Source of the DNA: Thermoanaerobaculia bacterium | Lineage (GTDB): Bacteria > Acidobacteriota > Thermoanaerobaculia > Multivoradales > UBA5704 | Assembly: GCA_035644215.1 (NCBI GenBank) | Contig: DASQPA010000125.1 | Coordinates: 1,472-65,471, forward strand | DNA: 64,000 bases | Direction: 5' to 3' | Shown: piece by piece, positions 9,431 through 18,651 of the stretch | Position numbering within the stretch: the first letter of the stretch is position 1 | Layout: each line of letters opens with the position of its first letter | Program-made: the position numbers and the translations under genes | Notes under the pieces: generated by a model | Told to the model about the DNA's origin: nothing | The model's database searches: none | Seen by the model: the letters and a program-made list of their open reading frames with translations, nothing else

Positions 9431-9988
9431 CTGAGTATCGACAAAACGACGCGCGTCAATCACCGTATCCGGGTTCGGGAGGTCCGCCTCATCGAATCCG
9501 ACGGCAGCCAGGCTGGGATCGTGCCGATCGAGGACGCCTTGCGGCGGGCCACCGAGCAGGTGCTCGACCTGGTGGAGGTGGCCCCGGCCGCGGTGCCGCC
9601 GGTCTGCCGCATCATGGACTTCGGCAAGTTCCTCTACCAGCAGAAGAAGAAGGCGCACGAGTCGAAGAAGAAGCAGAAGATCGTGCACGTCAAGGAGGTC
9701 AAGTTCCGGCCCAACATCGACGAGCACGACTACGACTTCAAGCTGAAGAACGTGCTCCGCTTCCTGGAAGAGGGGGACAAGGTCAAGGCGACCGTCCAGT
9801 TCCGGGGACGCGAAATGGCGCGGACCGACCTCGGCCGCAAGCTGATCCAGCGGGTCACCCAGGACGTGGGGGAGCGAGGAGTGCTAGAATCGTCGCCCGA
9901 AATGACGGGGAACCGGATGCATGCCATTCTGGGTCCGCCAAGGCAGAAGTCTTCGAAGAAAGAGGGCTCGGAGTCGAGCCCCCAATGA
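9431..9988 (+). CDS. infC: translation initiation factor IF-3
   Basis: The ORF tool begins at an internal ATG (9521). The in-frame upstream sequence encodes the canonical IF3 N-terminus (..RVNHRIRVREVRLIESDGSQAGIVPIEDALRRA). AGGAGG sits at 9415-9420. The likely start is non-AUG (CTG at 9431 or ATC at 9437), as is usual for infC. Confidence 0.85.
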   Translation: MSIDKTTRVNHRIRVREVRLIESDGSQAGIVPIEDALRRATEQVLDLVEVAPAAVPPVCRIMDFGKFLYQQKKKAHESKKKQKIVHVKEVKFRPNIDEHDYDFKLKNVLRFLEEGDKVKATVQFRGREMARTDLGRKLIQRVTQDVGERGVLESSPEMTGNRMHAILGPPRQKSSKKEGSESSPQ

Positions 9989-10017
9989 CGTGAGAGGCTA
10001 AAAAAGGAGGGCAACCC

Positions 10018-10212
10018 GTGCCCAAGCAGAAGACGCACCGGGGTGCCGCGAAGCGGTTCAAGGTCACGGCGGGCGGCAAGGTGACGCGTCACCAGTCGAT
10101 GCACAGCCACATCCTGACCAAGAAGACCACCAAGCGGAAGCGCCACCTGCGCAAGTCCGTCGTGGTCTCGCCCGCGTTCGCCGGCATCATCAAGGAGATG
10201 CTGCACCTGTAG
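10018..10212 (+). CDS. rpmI: 50S ribosomal protein L35
   Basis: [22 protein letters not shown]... It starts at GTG with AGGAGG upstream. Confidence 0.95.
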   Translation: MPKQKTHRGAAKRFKVTAGGKVTRHQSMHSHILTKKTTKRKRHLRKSVVVSPAFAGIIKEMLHL

Positions 10213-10365
10213 AAACAGGGCAGAACACAAAAACGTCCGGCCACCGGTGGGAATGGACCTGTCCACCGGGGCCGCGGCTCCCGGCCGGCCCAGAAGGGTC
10301 CGGACGCGCGGGCCACTGATCGCTCCACCGCCCCATGGGCCGGGAGCAGAAACGAGGTTCCGAAG

Positions 10366-10758
10366 ATGGCACGTGTCAAGCGTGGCAATAAGAGGAAGGA
10401 ACGCCGCAAGAAGATCCTAGGCCTGGCCAAGGGCTTCTACGGCATGAAGTCGAAGGCCCACCGCATCGCCAAGCAGGCGGTGGACAAATCCCTGGCCTAC
10501 GCCTACCGCGACCGCCGGCAGAAGAAGCGCCAGCTGCGCTCCCTCTGGATCGTGCGGATCAACGCCGCGGCGCACCTCCACGGCCTCTCCTACAGCCGCC
10601 TGATCGCGGGTTTGAAGGCCGCCGGCTCCGAGCTCGACAGGAAGGTCCTGGCGGACATCGCCGTCCGCGACCCGCAGGCCTTCGCCGGCATCGCCGAGGC
10701 GGCCAAGCGCGCCTTGGGCTCGGAGAGCGCGGCTCCCGCGGCCCCCGCTGGTGCCTAG
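10366..10758 (+). CDS. rplT: 50S ribosomal protein L20
   Basis: [26 protein letters not shown]... with a 19-aa Ala-rich C-terminal tail. Confidence 0.95.
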   Translation: MARVKRGNKRKERRKKILGLAKGFYGMKSKAHRIAKQAVDKSLAYAYRDRRQKKRQLRSLWIVRINAAAHLHGLSYSRLIAGLKAAGSELDRKVLADIAVRDPQAFAGIAEAAKRALGSESAAPAAPAGA

Positions 10759-11823
10759 GTGAGCGCAGAGGGAGCGCCGGAGACCCCGGGCACCCCCGGG
10801 ATCTCGGAAGCCCAGCAGCTCGCCCTGGATTTCGAGCGCCAGGCCGTGGCGGTTGCCGACCGCCCGGCCTGGGAGGAGCTGCGCCTGCGCTGGGCGGGGC
10901 GGAAGCAGGGGGTGGTGCGCACGCTCCTCGGCCGCATGGGCGCGGTGCCGGCGGCCGAGCGCAAGGCCTACGGGGCAGCGGTCAACACGCTCAAGGATCG
11001 GGTCGAGGCGCGGCTCGCCGAGCTCGACGCCGAGCTGCTGAGCCGCGAGCGCGACGCGGCACGGCGCCAGGCGGCGGTCGACGTCACCTTACCCGGAAGG
11101 CGGCCGCAACTGGGGGGCGTCCACCCGATCACCCGGGTGATGGACGAGCTCCAGGAGATCTTCTCAGAGCTCGGCTACAGCGTCGCCGAGGGGCCGGAGG
11201 TCGAGGACGACTACCACAACTTCGAGGCCCTGAACTTCCCCGCCGACCACCCGGCGCGCGATACCCAGGACACCTTCTTCCTGAAGAACGGCCTCCTGCT
11301 GCGCACCCATACCTCGCCGGTGCAGATCCGCACCATGCTGGCGCGGAAGCCGCCCATAAGGGTCATCTGCCCGGGGCGGGTCTTCCGCTTCGACAACGAT
11401 CTGCGGCACTCGCCGATGTTCCACCAGGTCGAGTGCCTGGCAGTCGCCGAGGGGATCACCTTCGGGCACTTGAAGGGGACGCTCGAGGCGTTCCTCAAGC
11501 GCCTCTTCTCCCCCGACACCGGGGTGCGCCTGCGCCCGAGCTTCTTCCCCTTCACCGAGCCCTCGGCGGAGGTCGACATCACCTGCCAGATCTGCGGCGG
11601 CAAGGGGTGCGACACCTGCTCGGGGACCGGCTGGATGGAGATCCTGGGCTGCGGCATGGTCGACCCGCGGGTGCTCACCAACTGTGGCATCGACCCCGAC
11701 CGCTACAGCGGCTTCGCCTTCGGCCTCGGGGTCGATCGGGTGGCGATGAACCGCTACGGCTTCCCCAACATCCGCGTCTTCTTCGAGAACGACGAGCGGC
11801 TCCTGCGGCAGGTGCGCGGCTGA
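10759..11823 (+). CDS. pheS: phenylalanine--tRNA ligase alpha subunit
   Basis: Carries the FPADHPARDTQDTFF and class II motifs. It starts at GTG immediately after the rplT stop. Confidence 0.95.
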   Translation: MSAEGAPETPGTPGISEAQQLALDFERQAVAVADRPAWEELRLRWAGRKQGVVRTLLGRMGAVPAAERKAYGAAVNTLKDRVEARLAELDAELLSRERDAARRQAAVDVTLPGRRPQLGGVHPITRVMDELQEIFSELGYSVAEGPEVEDDYHNFEALNFPADHPARDTQDTFFLKNGLLLRTHTSPVQIRTMLARKPPIRVICPGRVFRFDNDLRHSPMFHQVECLAVAEGITFGHLKGTLEAFLKRLFSPDTGVRLRPSFFPFTEPSAEVDITCQICGGKGCDTCSGTGWMEILGCGMVDPRVLTNCGIDPDRYSGFAFGLGVDRVAMNRYGFPNIRVFFENDERLLRQVRG

Positions 11824-13916
11824 TGCTCTTCTCGCGCGACTGGCTTAGCGTATACGTCGATCTGCCGGAGACCCCGGAGGCGATCGCCCGCCGCCTGACC
11901 TTCGCCGGCTTCAGCGTCGAGGGGATGACGGAGAGGGACGGAGAGCCGGCGGACACCGTCTTCGACGTCGACGTCACCACCAACCGGCCGGACGCCATGA
12001 ACCACGCCGGCCTGGCGCGGGAGCTCTCTGTGCTCTACGGCCGGGCGCTCCGGCTGCCGGTCCCGGCGATCTCAGAGAGTCCCGAGGGCTCCGAGACGGC
12101 GGCGGCCGCCGCCACGGTCGAGATCCTCGACGCGGACGGCTGCTCCCGCTTCGTCGGCCGGGTGGTGCGCGGGGTGAAGGTGGGCGACAGCCCGGAGTGG
12201 CTGAAGCGCCGGCTCGAATCGATCGGCAAGCGGCCGATCAACAACGTCGTCGACGTCACCAACTTCGTCCTCTGGGAGCTCGGCCAGCCGCTCCACGCCT
12301 ACGACCTGGCGCAGCTTCAGGGTGCGAAGCTCCTCGTCCGCCGGGCGCGCGAGGGGGAGCGGCTCACCACGCTCGACGGGGTGGACCGCGCCCTCGATCC
12401 GGAGATGCTGGTCATCGCCGATGCTGCCAGGCCGGTCGGCCTCGCCGGGGTGATGGGCGGCGCCGACAGCGAAGTGACCGCGGCGACCGTCGACGTCTTC
12501 CTGGAGGCCGCCCACTTCGATCGCCAGGCGGTGCGGCTGACCGCCAAGCGGCTCGGCCTCCACACCGATGCCAGCCACCGCTTCGAGCGCGGCGCCGACC
12601 TCGAAGCCTGCCGCATCGCGACGGACCAGGCGGCGGCGCTCCTCGTCGAGCTGGCGGGTGGGCGGGTTCTACCCGGGGCGATCGACGTGCGCGGGCCCGA
12701 GCGGCCGGCGCGCCGCGGCCGGCTCGACCTGGCCCGGCTCGACGTCTTCGCCGGCGCCACGATCCCGCCCGCCGACACTCACCGCTGGCTCGCCGGGCTC
12801 GGTTTCGCGCCGCAGGCCCTGGAGGAAGGGGTCCTGGCGGTCACCATCCCCTCCTGGCGCTATTACGACTTCGAGCCCCGGTCCGGCGGCGAGGTGTTTG
12901 CGCAGGACCTCTACGAAGAGGTGATCCGGGCCTTCGGCTTCGAGAACGTCCCCGCCGCCCTGCCCGCCCTCCCCGATCCGGACGGCCACCCCATCGCCGC
13001 GGTGGCGCGGCGGGGGAAGATCAGGCGCCATCTGGCGGCCAGCGGCTTCGTCGAGGCGGTCGATTTCGCCTTCATCGATCCGGCCGCCGACCGGGCCTAC
13101 CCGAGCCTGGCACCCGAGGCGAAGGCCCTGCCGCTCGAAAATCCGATCTCCAAGCGGGCCTCGGTGATGCGCCGCTCGCTGGTCCCCGGCCTCGTCGAGA
13201 GCGCCCGCTTCAACCAGCGCCGCGGCGCCTCCTCGGTCCGCCTGTTCGAGGTGGCGACCGTCTTCTTCGACAACCCCGACGCCACCCTCCCCGATCAGCC
13301 CGAGATGGTGGGGTTGGTCTGCGGCGGCCGGGTGGGGAATCCCTGGCAGCATCCCTCCGGGAGCGATCTCGATCTCTTCGACCTCAAAGGAGGGGTCGAG
13401 AGCCTGGCCGAGGAGATGGGGGTCCGGCTCCTCGCCCGCCCCGCCTCCGGTCTACCGGGTCTCCTCGCCGGAAGCGCGGCCGAGCTCTACCGGCCCGAGC
13501 ATCCAACCGAGATCGTGGGCTACCTCGGCCGGTTGGAGGCGGAGGAGGGCTACCCGCTCTACGTCGCCGAAATTTCTGCCGACGCCCTGACCCCGGAGAC
13601 GATCGACCTCTCGATCGATCCGCCCTCCCGTTTCCCCGGGATCGACGCCGACCTGACCCTGACTCACGCCCTGGATGTCCCCTGGGCGGAGATCGAAGCG
13701 GCGATCCGAGATCTGGCGGCGTCGGTGGCCCCGGACCTGGTCTCCTTCGAGCTCACCGTCCGCTACCGCGGCGAGGGGGTGCCGGCCGGGGCGGTCAACA
13801 CGACGATCCACTTCTTCTACAACTCGCGCCAGCGCTCGCTCACCCAGGACGAGGTGAACGGCGAGCAGCTGGCGCTCGCAGCCGAGCTGGAGCGCCGTTT
13901 CGGCTTTCGGGGGTAG
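11823..13916 (+). CDS. pheT: phenylalanine--tRNA ligase beta subunit (short form lacking the N-terminal OB-fold tRNA-binding domain)
   Basis: The ATG overlaps the pheS TGA (TGATG). MLFSRDWLSVYVDL aligns with the E. coli PheT N-terminus, then passes straight into the B3/4 region. The protein is about 697 aa, against about 795 in E. coli. Confidence 0.9.
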   Translation: MLFSRDWLSVYVDLPETPEAIARRLTFAGFSVEGMTERDGEPADTVFDVDVTTNRPDAMNHAGLARELSVLYGRALRLPVPAISESPEGSETAAAAATVEILDADGCSRFVGRVVRGVKVGDSPEWLKRRLESIGKRPINNVVDVTNFVLWELGQPLHAYDLAQLQGAKLLVRRAREGERLTTLDGVDRALDPEMLVIADAARPVGLAGVMGGADSEVTAATVDVFLEAAHFDRQAVRLTAKRLGLHTDASHRFERGADLEACRIATDQAAALLVELAGGRVLPGAIDVRGPERPARRGRLDLARLDVFAGATIPPADTHRWLAGLGFAPQALEEGVLAVTIPSWRYYDFEPRSGGEVFAQDLYEEVIRAFGFENVPAALPALPDPDGHPIAAVARRGKIRRHLAASGFVEAVDFAFIDPAADRAYPSLAPEAKALPLENPISKRASVMRRSLVPGLVESARFNQRRGASSVRLFEVATVFFDNPDATLPDQPEMVGLVCGGRVGNPWQHPSGSDLDLFDLKGGVESLAEEMGVRLLARPASGLPGLLAGSAAELYRPEHPTEIVGYLGRLEAEEGYPLYVAEISADALTPETIDLSIDPPSRFPGIDADLTLTHALDVPWAEIEAAIRDLAASVAPDLVSFELTVRYRGEGVPAGAVNTTIHFFYNSRQRSLTQDEVNGEQLALAAELERRFGFRG

Positions 13917-13920
13917 CGCG

Positions 13921-14163
13921 ATGGCGATCGACTGGTTGGACGGACTGGAGGAGAAGGTCCGGGAGGCGACGGAGAGGCTCAAGGAGCTGCGGGAGGAGAA
14001 CCAGGCCCTGGCCCAGAAGGTCGAGGCGCTGGAGACCCGCCTCGCCGCCGTTCAAGAAGGCCATGCGGACGACGCCTCCCAGGCCTGGGAGGCGGAACGC
14101 GAGGAGATCCGCCGGCGGGTGGAGAAGCTGACGCTGGGGCTGGAGGCGCTGGTCGCGGAGTGA
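13921..14163 (+). CDS. ZapB-like coiled-coil cell-division protein (DUF904-like)
   Basis: 80-aa all-helical heptad protein (LKELREENQALAQKVEALETRLAAVQE). It lies directly after pheT and near zapA. Confidence 0.5.
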   Translation: MAIDWLDGLEEKVREATERLKELREENQALAQKVEALETRLAAVQEGHADDASQAWEAEREEIRRRVEKLTLGLEALVAE

Positions 14164-14169
14164 GCCCCG

Positions 14170-14409
14170 TCAGCTGAAGTCGGTCCCGCAGCCGCCCATC
14201 CCCCGGCAGCAGCTGGGAGCCCCGCAGCTCGGGGCGCTCTCCATGGCGCCGCCGCCGGTCGCCGTACTGGCGCTGAACGTCGAGAACTGCTTTTCGAGGT
14301 GCGGCACGCCGCACTTGGGGCAGGCGAGCCCGTCGGCTCCCTGGCCGATCCGCTGCAGGATCTCGAAGCGGTGGTCGCAGTCGCTGCAGCGGTATTCGTA
14401 GAGTGGCAT
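14170..14409 (-). CDS. FmdB-family zinc-ribbon protein
   Basis: MPLYEYRCSDCDHRFEILQ...CPKCG, the classic FmdB CxxC...CxxC N-terminus, with a Cys/Gly-rich tail. Confidence 0.8.
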   Translation of the reverse strand: MPLYEYRCSDCDHRFEILQRIGQGADGLACPKCGVPHLEKQFSTFSASTATGGGAMESAPSCGAPSCCRGMGGCGTDFS

Positions 14410-14442
14410 GGGCGAAGACCTCCTACCTGGTAGGACTCGATT

Positions 14443-15519
14443 TTACCGCATCTGTCGGATGTCTGCCCCGATCAGCTCCCCCATGCCCCCCACCCCGTCC
14501 CGCTCCATGAGCCGCAGGATCTCCCGGTTGATCCGCCGCGGCAGCCCTGGCCCCTGGTAGACGAGGCCGGTGTAGATCTGGACCAGCGAGGCCCCTGCGC
14601 GCAGTCGCCGGTAGGCCTCCTCCCCGGAGTCGATGCCGCCCACCGAGACCAGCACCGTCTTCCCGAAAAGCCGCGCCGCCAGCGCCTGGAGCATCCGGAA
14701 GCTCTTCTCTTGCAGGACCTTCCCGCTCAAGCCACCGAAATCCCGGGCGTCCGGAACGAGGCCGTACTCGGTCGTCGTGTTGGTGGCGACGATCCCCGCC
14801 GCGCCGGATTCCACGGCGATCTCGGCGAGGTCGACCGCCGCCCCGGGATCGAGATCGGGGGAGAGCTTGACCAGGACCGGCTTCCTCGTGATCCCCGTCG
14901 CCATCTGGAGGATCGCCCGCACGAACGTCTCGTTCTGGAGGTCGCGCAGGCCGGGGGTGTTGGGAGAGGAGAGATTGACCACCAGGTAGTCGCCCAAGTC
15001 GGCCAGGCCGCGGACGAGGATCTCGTAGTCCTGTAGCGCTTCCTCCGGCGGCGTGGCCTTGTTCTTCCCCAGGTTGATCCCCAGGGGGAGCGGCGCCGGC
15101 TGCAGGCGAAGCAGCCGCCGCCGCAGAGTCTCCATCCCCCGGTTGTTGAAGCCCATGGCGTTCTGGACGCTCTTGGCGGCAGCGAGGCGGAAGAGGCGGG
15201 GCCGCGGATTGCCGGGCTGGGGCCGGGGAGTCACCGTCCCCACCTCGACGAAGCCGAATCCCAGGGCGGGCCAGGCGCGCACCGCGACGCCATCTTTGTC
15301 GAAACCGGCCGCCAGGCCCACCGGGTTGGGGAAGGTGCGGCCGAAGAGCGTCTGGGCGAGCCGCGGGTCGGTAGCCTGGTTGCGCGCCGCGAAGGCGGGC
15401 AGCCCCGGAACGCCCCCCAGCACCCGGAGCCCCGCCATGGCGAGCCCGTGGCTGGTCTCCGCATCCAGCCTGAAGAGAAGTTGCTTGAAAAATGCGTAAC
15501 CGACCGGGGAAGAGGGCAT
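14443..15519 (-). CDS. pyrD: dihydroorotate dehydrogenase (quinone), class 2
   Basis: 358 aa with FPNPVGLAAGFDKDG and GFGFVEVGTVTPRPQPGNPRPRLFRL motifs. The stop is TAA. Confidence 0.9.
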   Translation of the reverse strand: MPSSPVGYAFFKQLLFRLDAETSHGLAMAGLRVLGGVPGLPAFAARNQATDPRLAQTLFGRTFPNPVGLAAGFDKDGVAVRAWPALGFGFVEVGTVTPRPQPGNPRPRLFRLAAAKSVQNAMGFNNRGMETLRRRLLRLQPAPLPLGINLGKNKATPPEEALQDYEILVRGLADLGDYLVVNLSSPNTPGLRDLQNETFVRAILQMATGITRKPVLVKLSPDLDPGAAVDLAEIAVESGAAGIVATNTTTEYGLVPDARDFGGLSGKVLQEKSFRMLQALAARLFGKTVLVSVGGIDSGEEAYRRLRAGASLVQIYTGLVYQGPGLPRRINREILRLMERDGVGGMGELIGADIRQMR

Positions 15520-15554
15520 GGGCAGGAGGATTCTAGCCCCTCGACCCCCAGCCC

Positions 15555-15581
15555 TGGACAGTTTTTCACCTGTGCTATAGT
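15555..15581 (+). promoter_or_regulatory. candidate sigma70 promoter for zapA (extended -10)
   Basis: TGGACA (15555-15560), then a 15-nt spacer, then TGcTATAGT (15576-15581). This is about 60 nt upstream of the zapA ATG. Confidence 0.3.
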
Positions 15582-15644
15582 CAGCCTAGCCAAACCCCTG
15601 GCACGACGGAACTTGCTGCCTGGGAAGGCAATGGGACCTGGGAC

Positions 15645-15941
15645 TTGAGCGCCACGACTCCGAGCCATACCGAGGTTCGAATCTTCGGTGCCACGTACCA
15701 CGTCCGAGGGAGCGACGAGAGCGGGTATCTCCAGGAGCTGGCGGACCTCGTGGACGGCAAGATGCACGAGGTCGCCCGGCATGTGGCGACGACCGACATG
15801 GCCCGGATCGCCATCCTGGCGGCCCTTAATTTAGCTGACGAACTGTTCCAAGCTCAGAAACGACAGGAAGGGGAACGGGACGAGATCAAGGAGAAGGCGG
15901 CGGAGCTGGCGGAGGAATTAACCCAGGCCCTCAAAGGTTGA
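15645..15941 (+). CDS. zapA: cell division protein ZapA
   Basis: 98 aa. The N-terminus (VRIFGATYHVRGSDESGYLQELADLVDGKMHEV...IAILAALNLADELFQ) matches the ZapA fold pattern. Confidence 0.8.
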   Translation: MSATTPSHTEVRIFGATYHVRGSDESGYLQELADLVDGKMHEVARHVATTDMARIAILAALNLADELFQAQKRQEGERDEIKEKAAELAEELTQALKG

Positions 15942-16004
15942 CGAAGCGGGCGCCATGGTGATTCCGGCAGCCTACCCACCTCGAAATATGACGGAAATAG
16001 AGTT

Positions 16005-16190
16005 TGCATCCCCTGTGCGGTTCGTGTTGGGTCCCTCGATTGTAGAACCAACATTCAACACTAGGGAGTCTTCTACGCACGTGGCCCGTGCCTGCCTCGC
16101 ATCGACGAGGACGCTAAAGGCTCGTGGGGCGGACACCCACCTGGAGCGTTTCAGGTTCTAAACGCACACCCGCACGGCCGCGCGGGGGGT
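16005..16190 (+). ncRNA. candidate 6S RNA (ssrS-like) in the zapA-rny gap
   Basis: A 325-nt non-coding gap lies downstream of zapA, matching the zapA-ssrS synteny known in E. coli. The 5' GTGCGG...TAGAACC can pair with the 3' GGTTCTA...CCGCAC, giving a long irregular hairpin of about 170 nt with internal bulges. Confidence 0.3.
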
Positions 16191-16266
16191 GTAGTTTCAC
16201 CCTCTCTTTTAGAGGGCTTCTCCCCGATCCGCCCGGACCCCCTGTTGCTGGACAGGGGGTAAACCG

Positions 16267-17838
16267 GTGAAGAGCACCGAGACGATAGCGGCCCTGGCCG
16301 TGGCGCTGGCCATTGGAGGCGGAGCTCTCCTCCTCTGGTGGCTGGGCCTGCGCCGGAGCGGCAAGCGCATCCTGGAACAGGCCCGTCTCCAGGCGGCGAA
16401 AGCCGTCGAGGACGCCGAGCGGCAGGCGGAGAACCGCATGCGCGAGGCCGAGATCGCGGCCAAGGAGAAGCTCCTCCAGGCGCGGAGCGAATTCGAGTCC
16501 GTGTCGAGGAAGCGCCGCTCCGAGCTCGAAAGCATGGAGCGGCGGCTCACCCAGAAAGAGGACTCGCTCGACAAGCGCGTCGAGGAGGTCTTAGACCGCG
16601 AGAAGGAGACCTCCCAGAAGGACAAGTCGCTCGCCGGCCGCGAGAAGGTGCTGGAGAAGCGCGAGGCGGAGCTCGAGCGCATGTTCGAGGAGGAGCGGGG
16701 GAAGCTCGAGCAGATCGCCGGTTTGACCGCCCAGCAGGCGCGCGAGGAGCTGGTCCGCGGGATGGAGAACGAGGCCCGCATCGAGGCCGCCCACATCGTC
16801 AAGCGGATCGAGGACGAGGCGCGCGAGCAGGGCCACAAGCAGGCTCAGCGGATCATCGGCATGGCGGTCCAGCGCTCCGCCTCCGACTACGTCTCCGAGG
16901 CCACGGTCTCGGTCGTCATGCTGCCCAACGACGAGATGAAGGGGCGGATCATCGGCCGCGAGGGGCGGAACATCCGCACCCTGGAGATGGCGACCGGCGT
17001 CGACCTGATCGTCGACGACACCCCCGAGGCGGTCATCCTCTCCGGTTTCGACCCCTTCCGCCGCGAGGTGGCGCGGGTCGCCCTGGAACGGCTGATCACC
17101 GACGGCCGCATCCACCCGGCGCGCATCGAAGAGGTGGTCGAGAAGGTCAAGGCGGAGTTCGAACAGAAGATCCTCCAGGAGGGGGAGGCGGCGCTCCTGG
17201 AGCTCTCCATTCCCGGCATGCACCCCGAGCTGGTCAAGCTCCTGGGGCGCCTGCGCTACCGCACCTCCTACGGTCAGAACGTCCTCCAGCACAGCAAGGA
17301 GGTCGCCTTCCTGGCCGGTACCATGGCGGCCGAGCTCAAGGCCAACGTCCAGGTCTCCCGAAGGGGCGGCATCCTGCACGACATCGGCAAGGCCATCGAC
17401 CGCGAGATGGACGGCACCCACCTACAGATCGGCATCGACCTGCTGCGGAAATACGGCGAGACCGAGGAGGTCGTCCACTCCATGGCCTGCCATCACGGCG
17501 ACTACGACCCGCAGACGGTCGAGGCCGTCCTGGTCACCGCCGCCGACGCCCTCTCCGCCGCCCGCCCGGGCGCCCGGCGGGAGATCCTGGAGACCTACGT
17601 CAAGCGCCTGGAGAAGCTGGAGGAGATCGCCTCCAGCTTCAAGGGGGTGCAGAAGACCTTCGCCATCCAGGCCGGTCGCGAGGTCCGCATCATCGTCGAC
17701 AGCGGCAAGATCAGCGACGAGCAGGCGCTCTGGCTGTCGAAGGACATCGCGCGGCGGATCGAGGGGGAGCTCACCTACCCCGGCCAGATCAAGGTGACGG
17801 TGATCCGCGAGACGCGCTCGATCGAGTTCGCCCGCTGA
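16267..17838 (+). CDS. rny: ribonuclease Y
   Basis: It has an N-terminal TM segment, a coiled coil, a KH domain ([12 protein letters not shown]) and an HD domain ([16 protein letters not shown]...HDIGKA). It starts at GTG. Confidence 0.95.
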   Translation: MKSTETIAALAVALAIGGGALLLWWLGLRRSGKRILEQARLQAAKAVEDAERQAENRMREAEIAAKEKLLQARSEFESVSRKRRSELESMERRLTQKEDSLDKRVEEVLDREKETSQKDKSLAGREKVLEKREAELERMFEEERGKLEQIAGLTAQQAREELVRGMENEARIEAAHIVKRIEDEAREQGHKQAQRIIGMAVQRSASDYVSEATVSVVMLPNDEMKGRIIGREGRNIRTLEMATGVDLIVDDTPEAVILSGFDPFRREVARVALERLITDGRIHPARIEEVVEKVKAEFEQKILQEGEAALLELSIPGMHPELVKLLGRLRYRTSYGQNVLQHSKEVAFLAGTMAAELKANVQVSRRGGILHDIGKAIDREMDGTHLQIGIDLLRKYGETEEVVHSMACHHGDYDPQTVEAVLVTAADALSAARPGARREILETYVKRLEKLEEIASSFKGVQKTFAIQAGREVRIIVDSGKISDEQALWLSKDIARRIEGELTYPGQIKVTVIRETRSIEFAR

Positions 17839-17854
17839 TCGGCGGGGAGATCGG

Positions 17855-18643
17855 ATGAAGCTCCTCTTCGTCGGCGACATCATCGGCAAGCCCGGCCGCC
17901 GGGTGCTGCGCAACCTGCTGCCGCGGCTCATCGACCGCCACCAGGTCGACTACGTGGTGGTCAACGTCGAGAACTCGGCCGGCGGTTTCGGGGTGACGCC
18001 GGAGATCCTGACCGAGCTCGACGACCTGCCCATCGACTGCTACACGACGGGCAACCACGTCTGGGACAAGAAGGAGGGCGTCGAGATCCTCGACCGCGAG
18101 CCCCGCCTCCTGCGCCCCGCCAACTACCCGGAGGGCAACCCGGGCAAGGGCCTCCACGTGGGGGAGACGGCGGCCGGGATCCAGGTGGCGACGATCAACC
18201 TCGAAGGGCGGGTCTTCATGCACAGTCTGGAGTCGCCCTTCCGGGTGGCCGACCGGCTGCTGGCGAGCCTCGACCCCAAGGTCAAGGTCGTCCTCGTCGA
18301 CTTCCACTGCGAGGCCACCTCCGAGAAGCAGGCCCTGGCCTTCTACCTGGACGGCCGGGTGAGCGCCGTTCTGGGCACCCACACCCATGTCCCCACGGCG
18401 GACGAGCGGGTCCTTCCCCAGGGCACGGCGATGGTGACCGACGTCGGCATGACCGGGCCCTATGAGTCGATCATCGGCATGCGGGTGGACAAGGTACTGA
18501 AACGCTTTCTCCTCCAGACCCCGTCCTCCTTCGAGGTCGCCAAGCGCGACGTGCGCCTGGCCGCCGCGGTGGTCGACGTGGACGAGGCGACCGGCCGGGC
18601 GCGGGGCATCGAGCGGCTGCTCCTCCCCGACCCCTCGGCCTGA
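17855..18643 (+). CDS. YmdB-like metallophosphoesterase (TIGR00282 family, 2',3'-cNMP phosphodiesterase)
   Basis: MKLLFVGDIIGKPGRR...VVVNVENSAGGFG. The rny-ymdB synteny is conserved. Confidence 0.9.
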   Translation: MKLLFVGDIIGKPGRRVLRNLLPRLIDRHQVDYVVVNVENSAGGFGVTPEILTELDDLPIDCYTTGNHVWDKKEGVEILDREPRLLRPANYPEGNPGKGLHVGETAAGIQVATINLEGRVFMHSLESPFRVADRLLASLDPKVKVVLVDFHCEATSEKQALAFYLDGRVSAVLGTHTHVPTADERVLPQGTAMVTDVGMTGPYESIIGMRVDKVLKRFLLQTPSSFEVAKRDVRLAAAVVDVDEATGRARGIERLLLPDPSA

Positions 18644-18651
18644 GGCGACCG

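Noticed and set aside
14422-14434. Perfect palindrome CCTACCTGGTAGG between pyrD and fmdB as a terminator
   Set aside because: It has no U-tract. On the minus strand it overlaps the fmdB Shine-Dalgarno (GGTAGGAGG), so it is more likely RBS context than a terminator. It is not listed as a feature.
15590-15612. Sigma54 promoter (cTGGCACGacggaacTTGCtg) upstream of zapA
   Set aside because: The GG-to-GC spacing is about 3 nt too long for the -24/-12 consensus.
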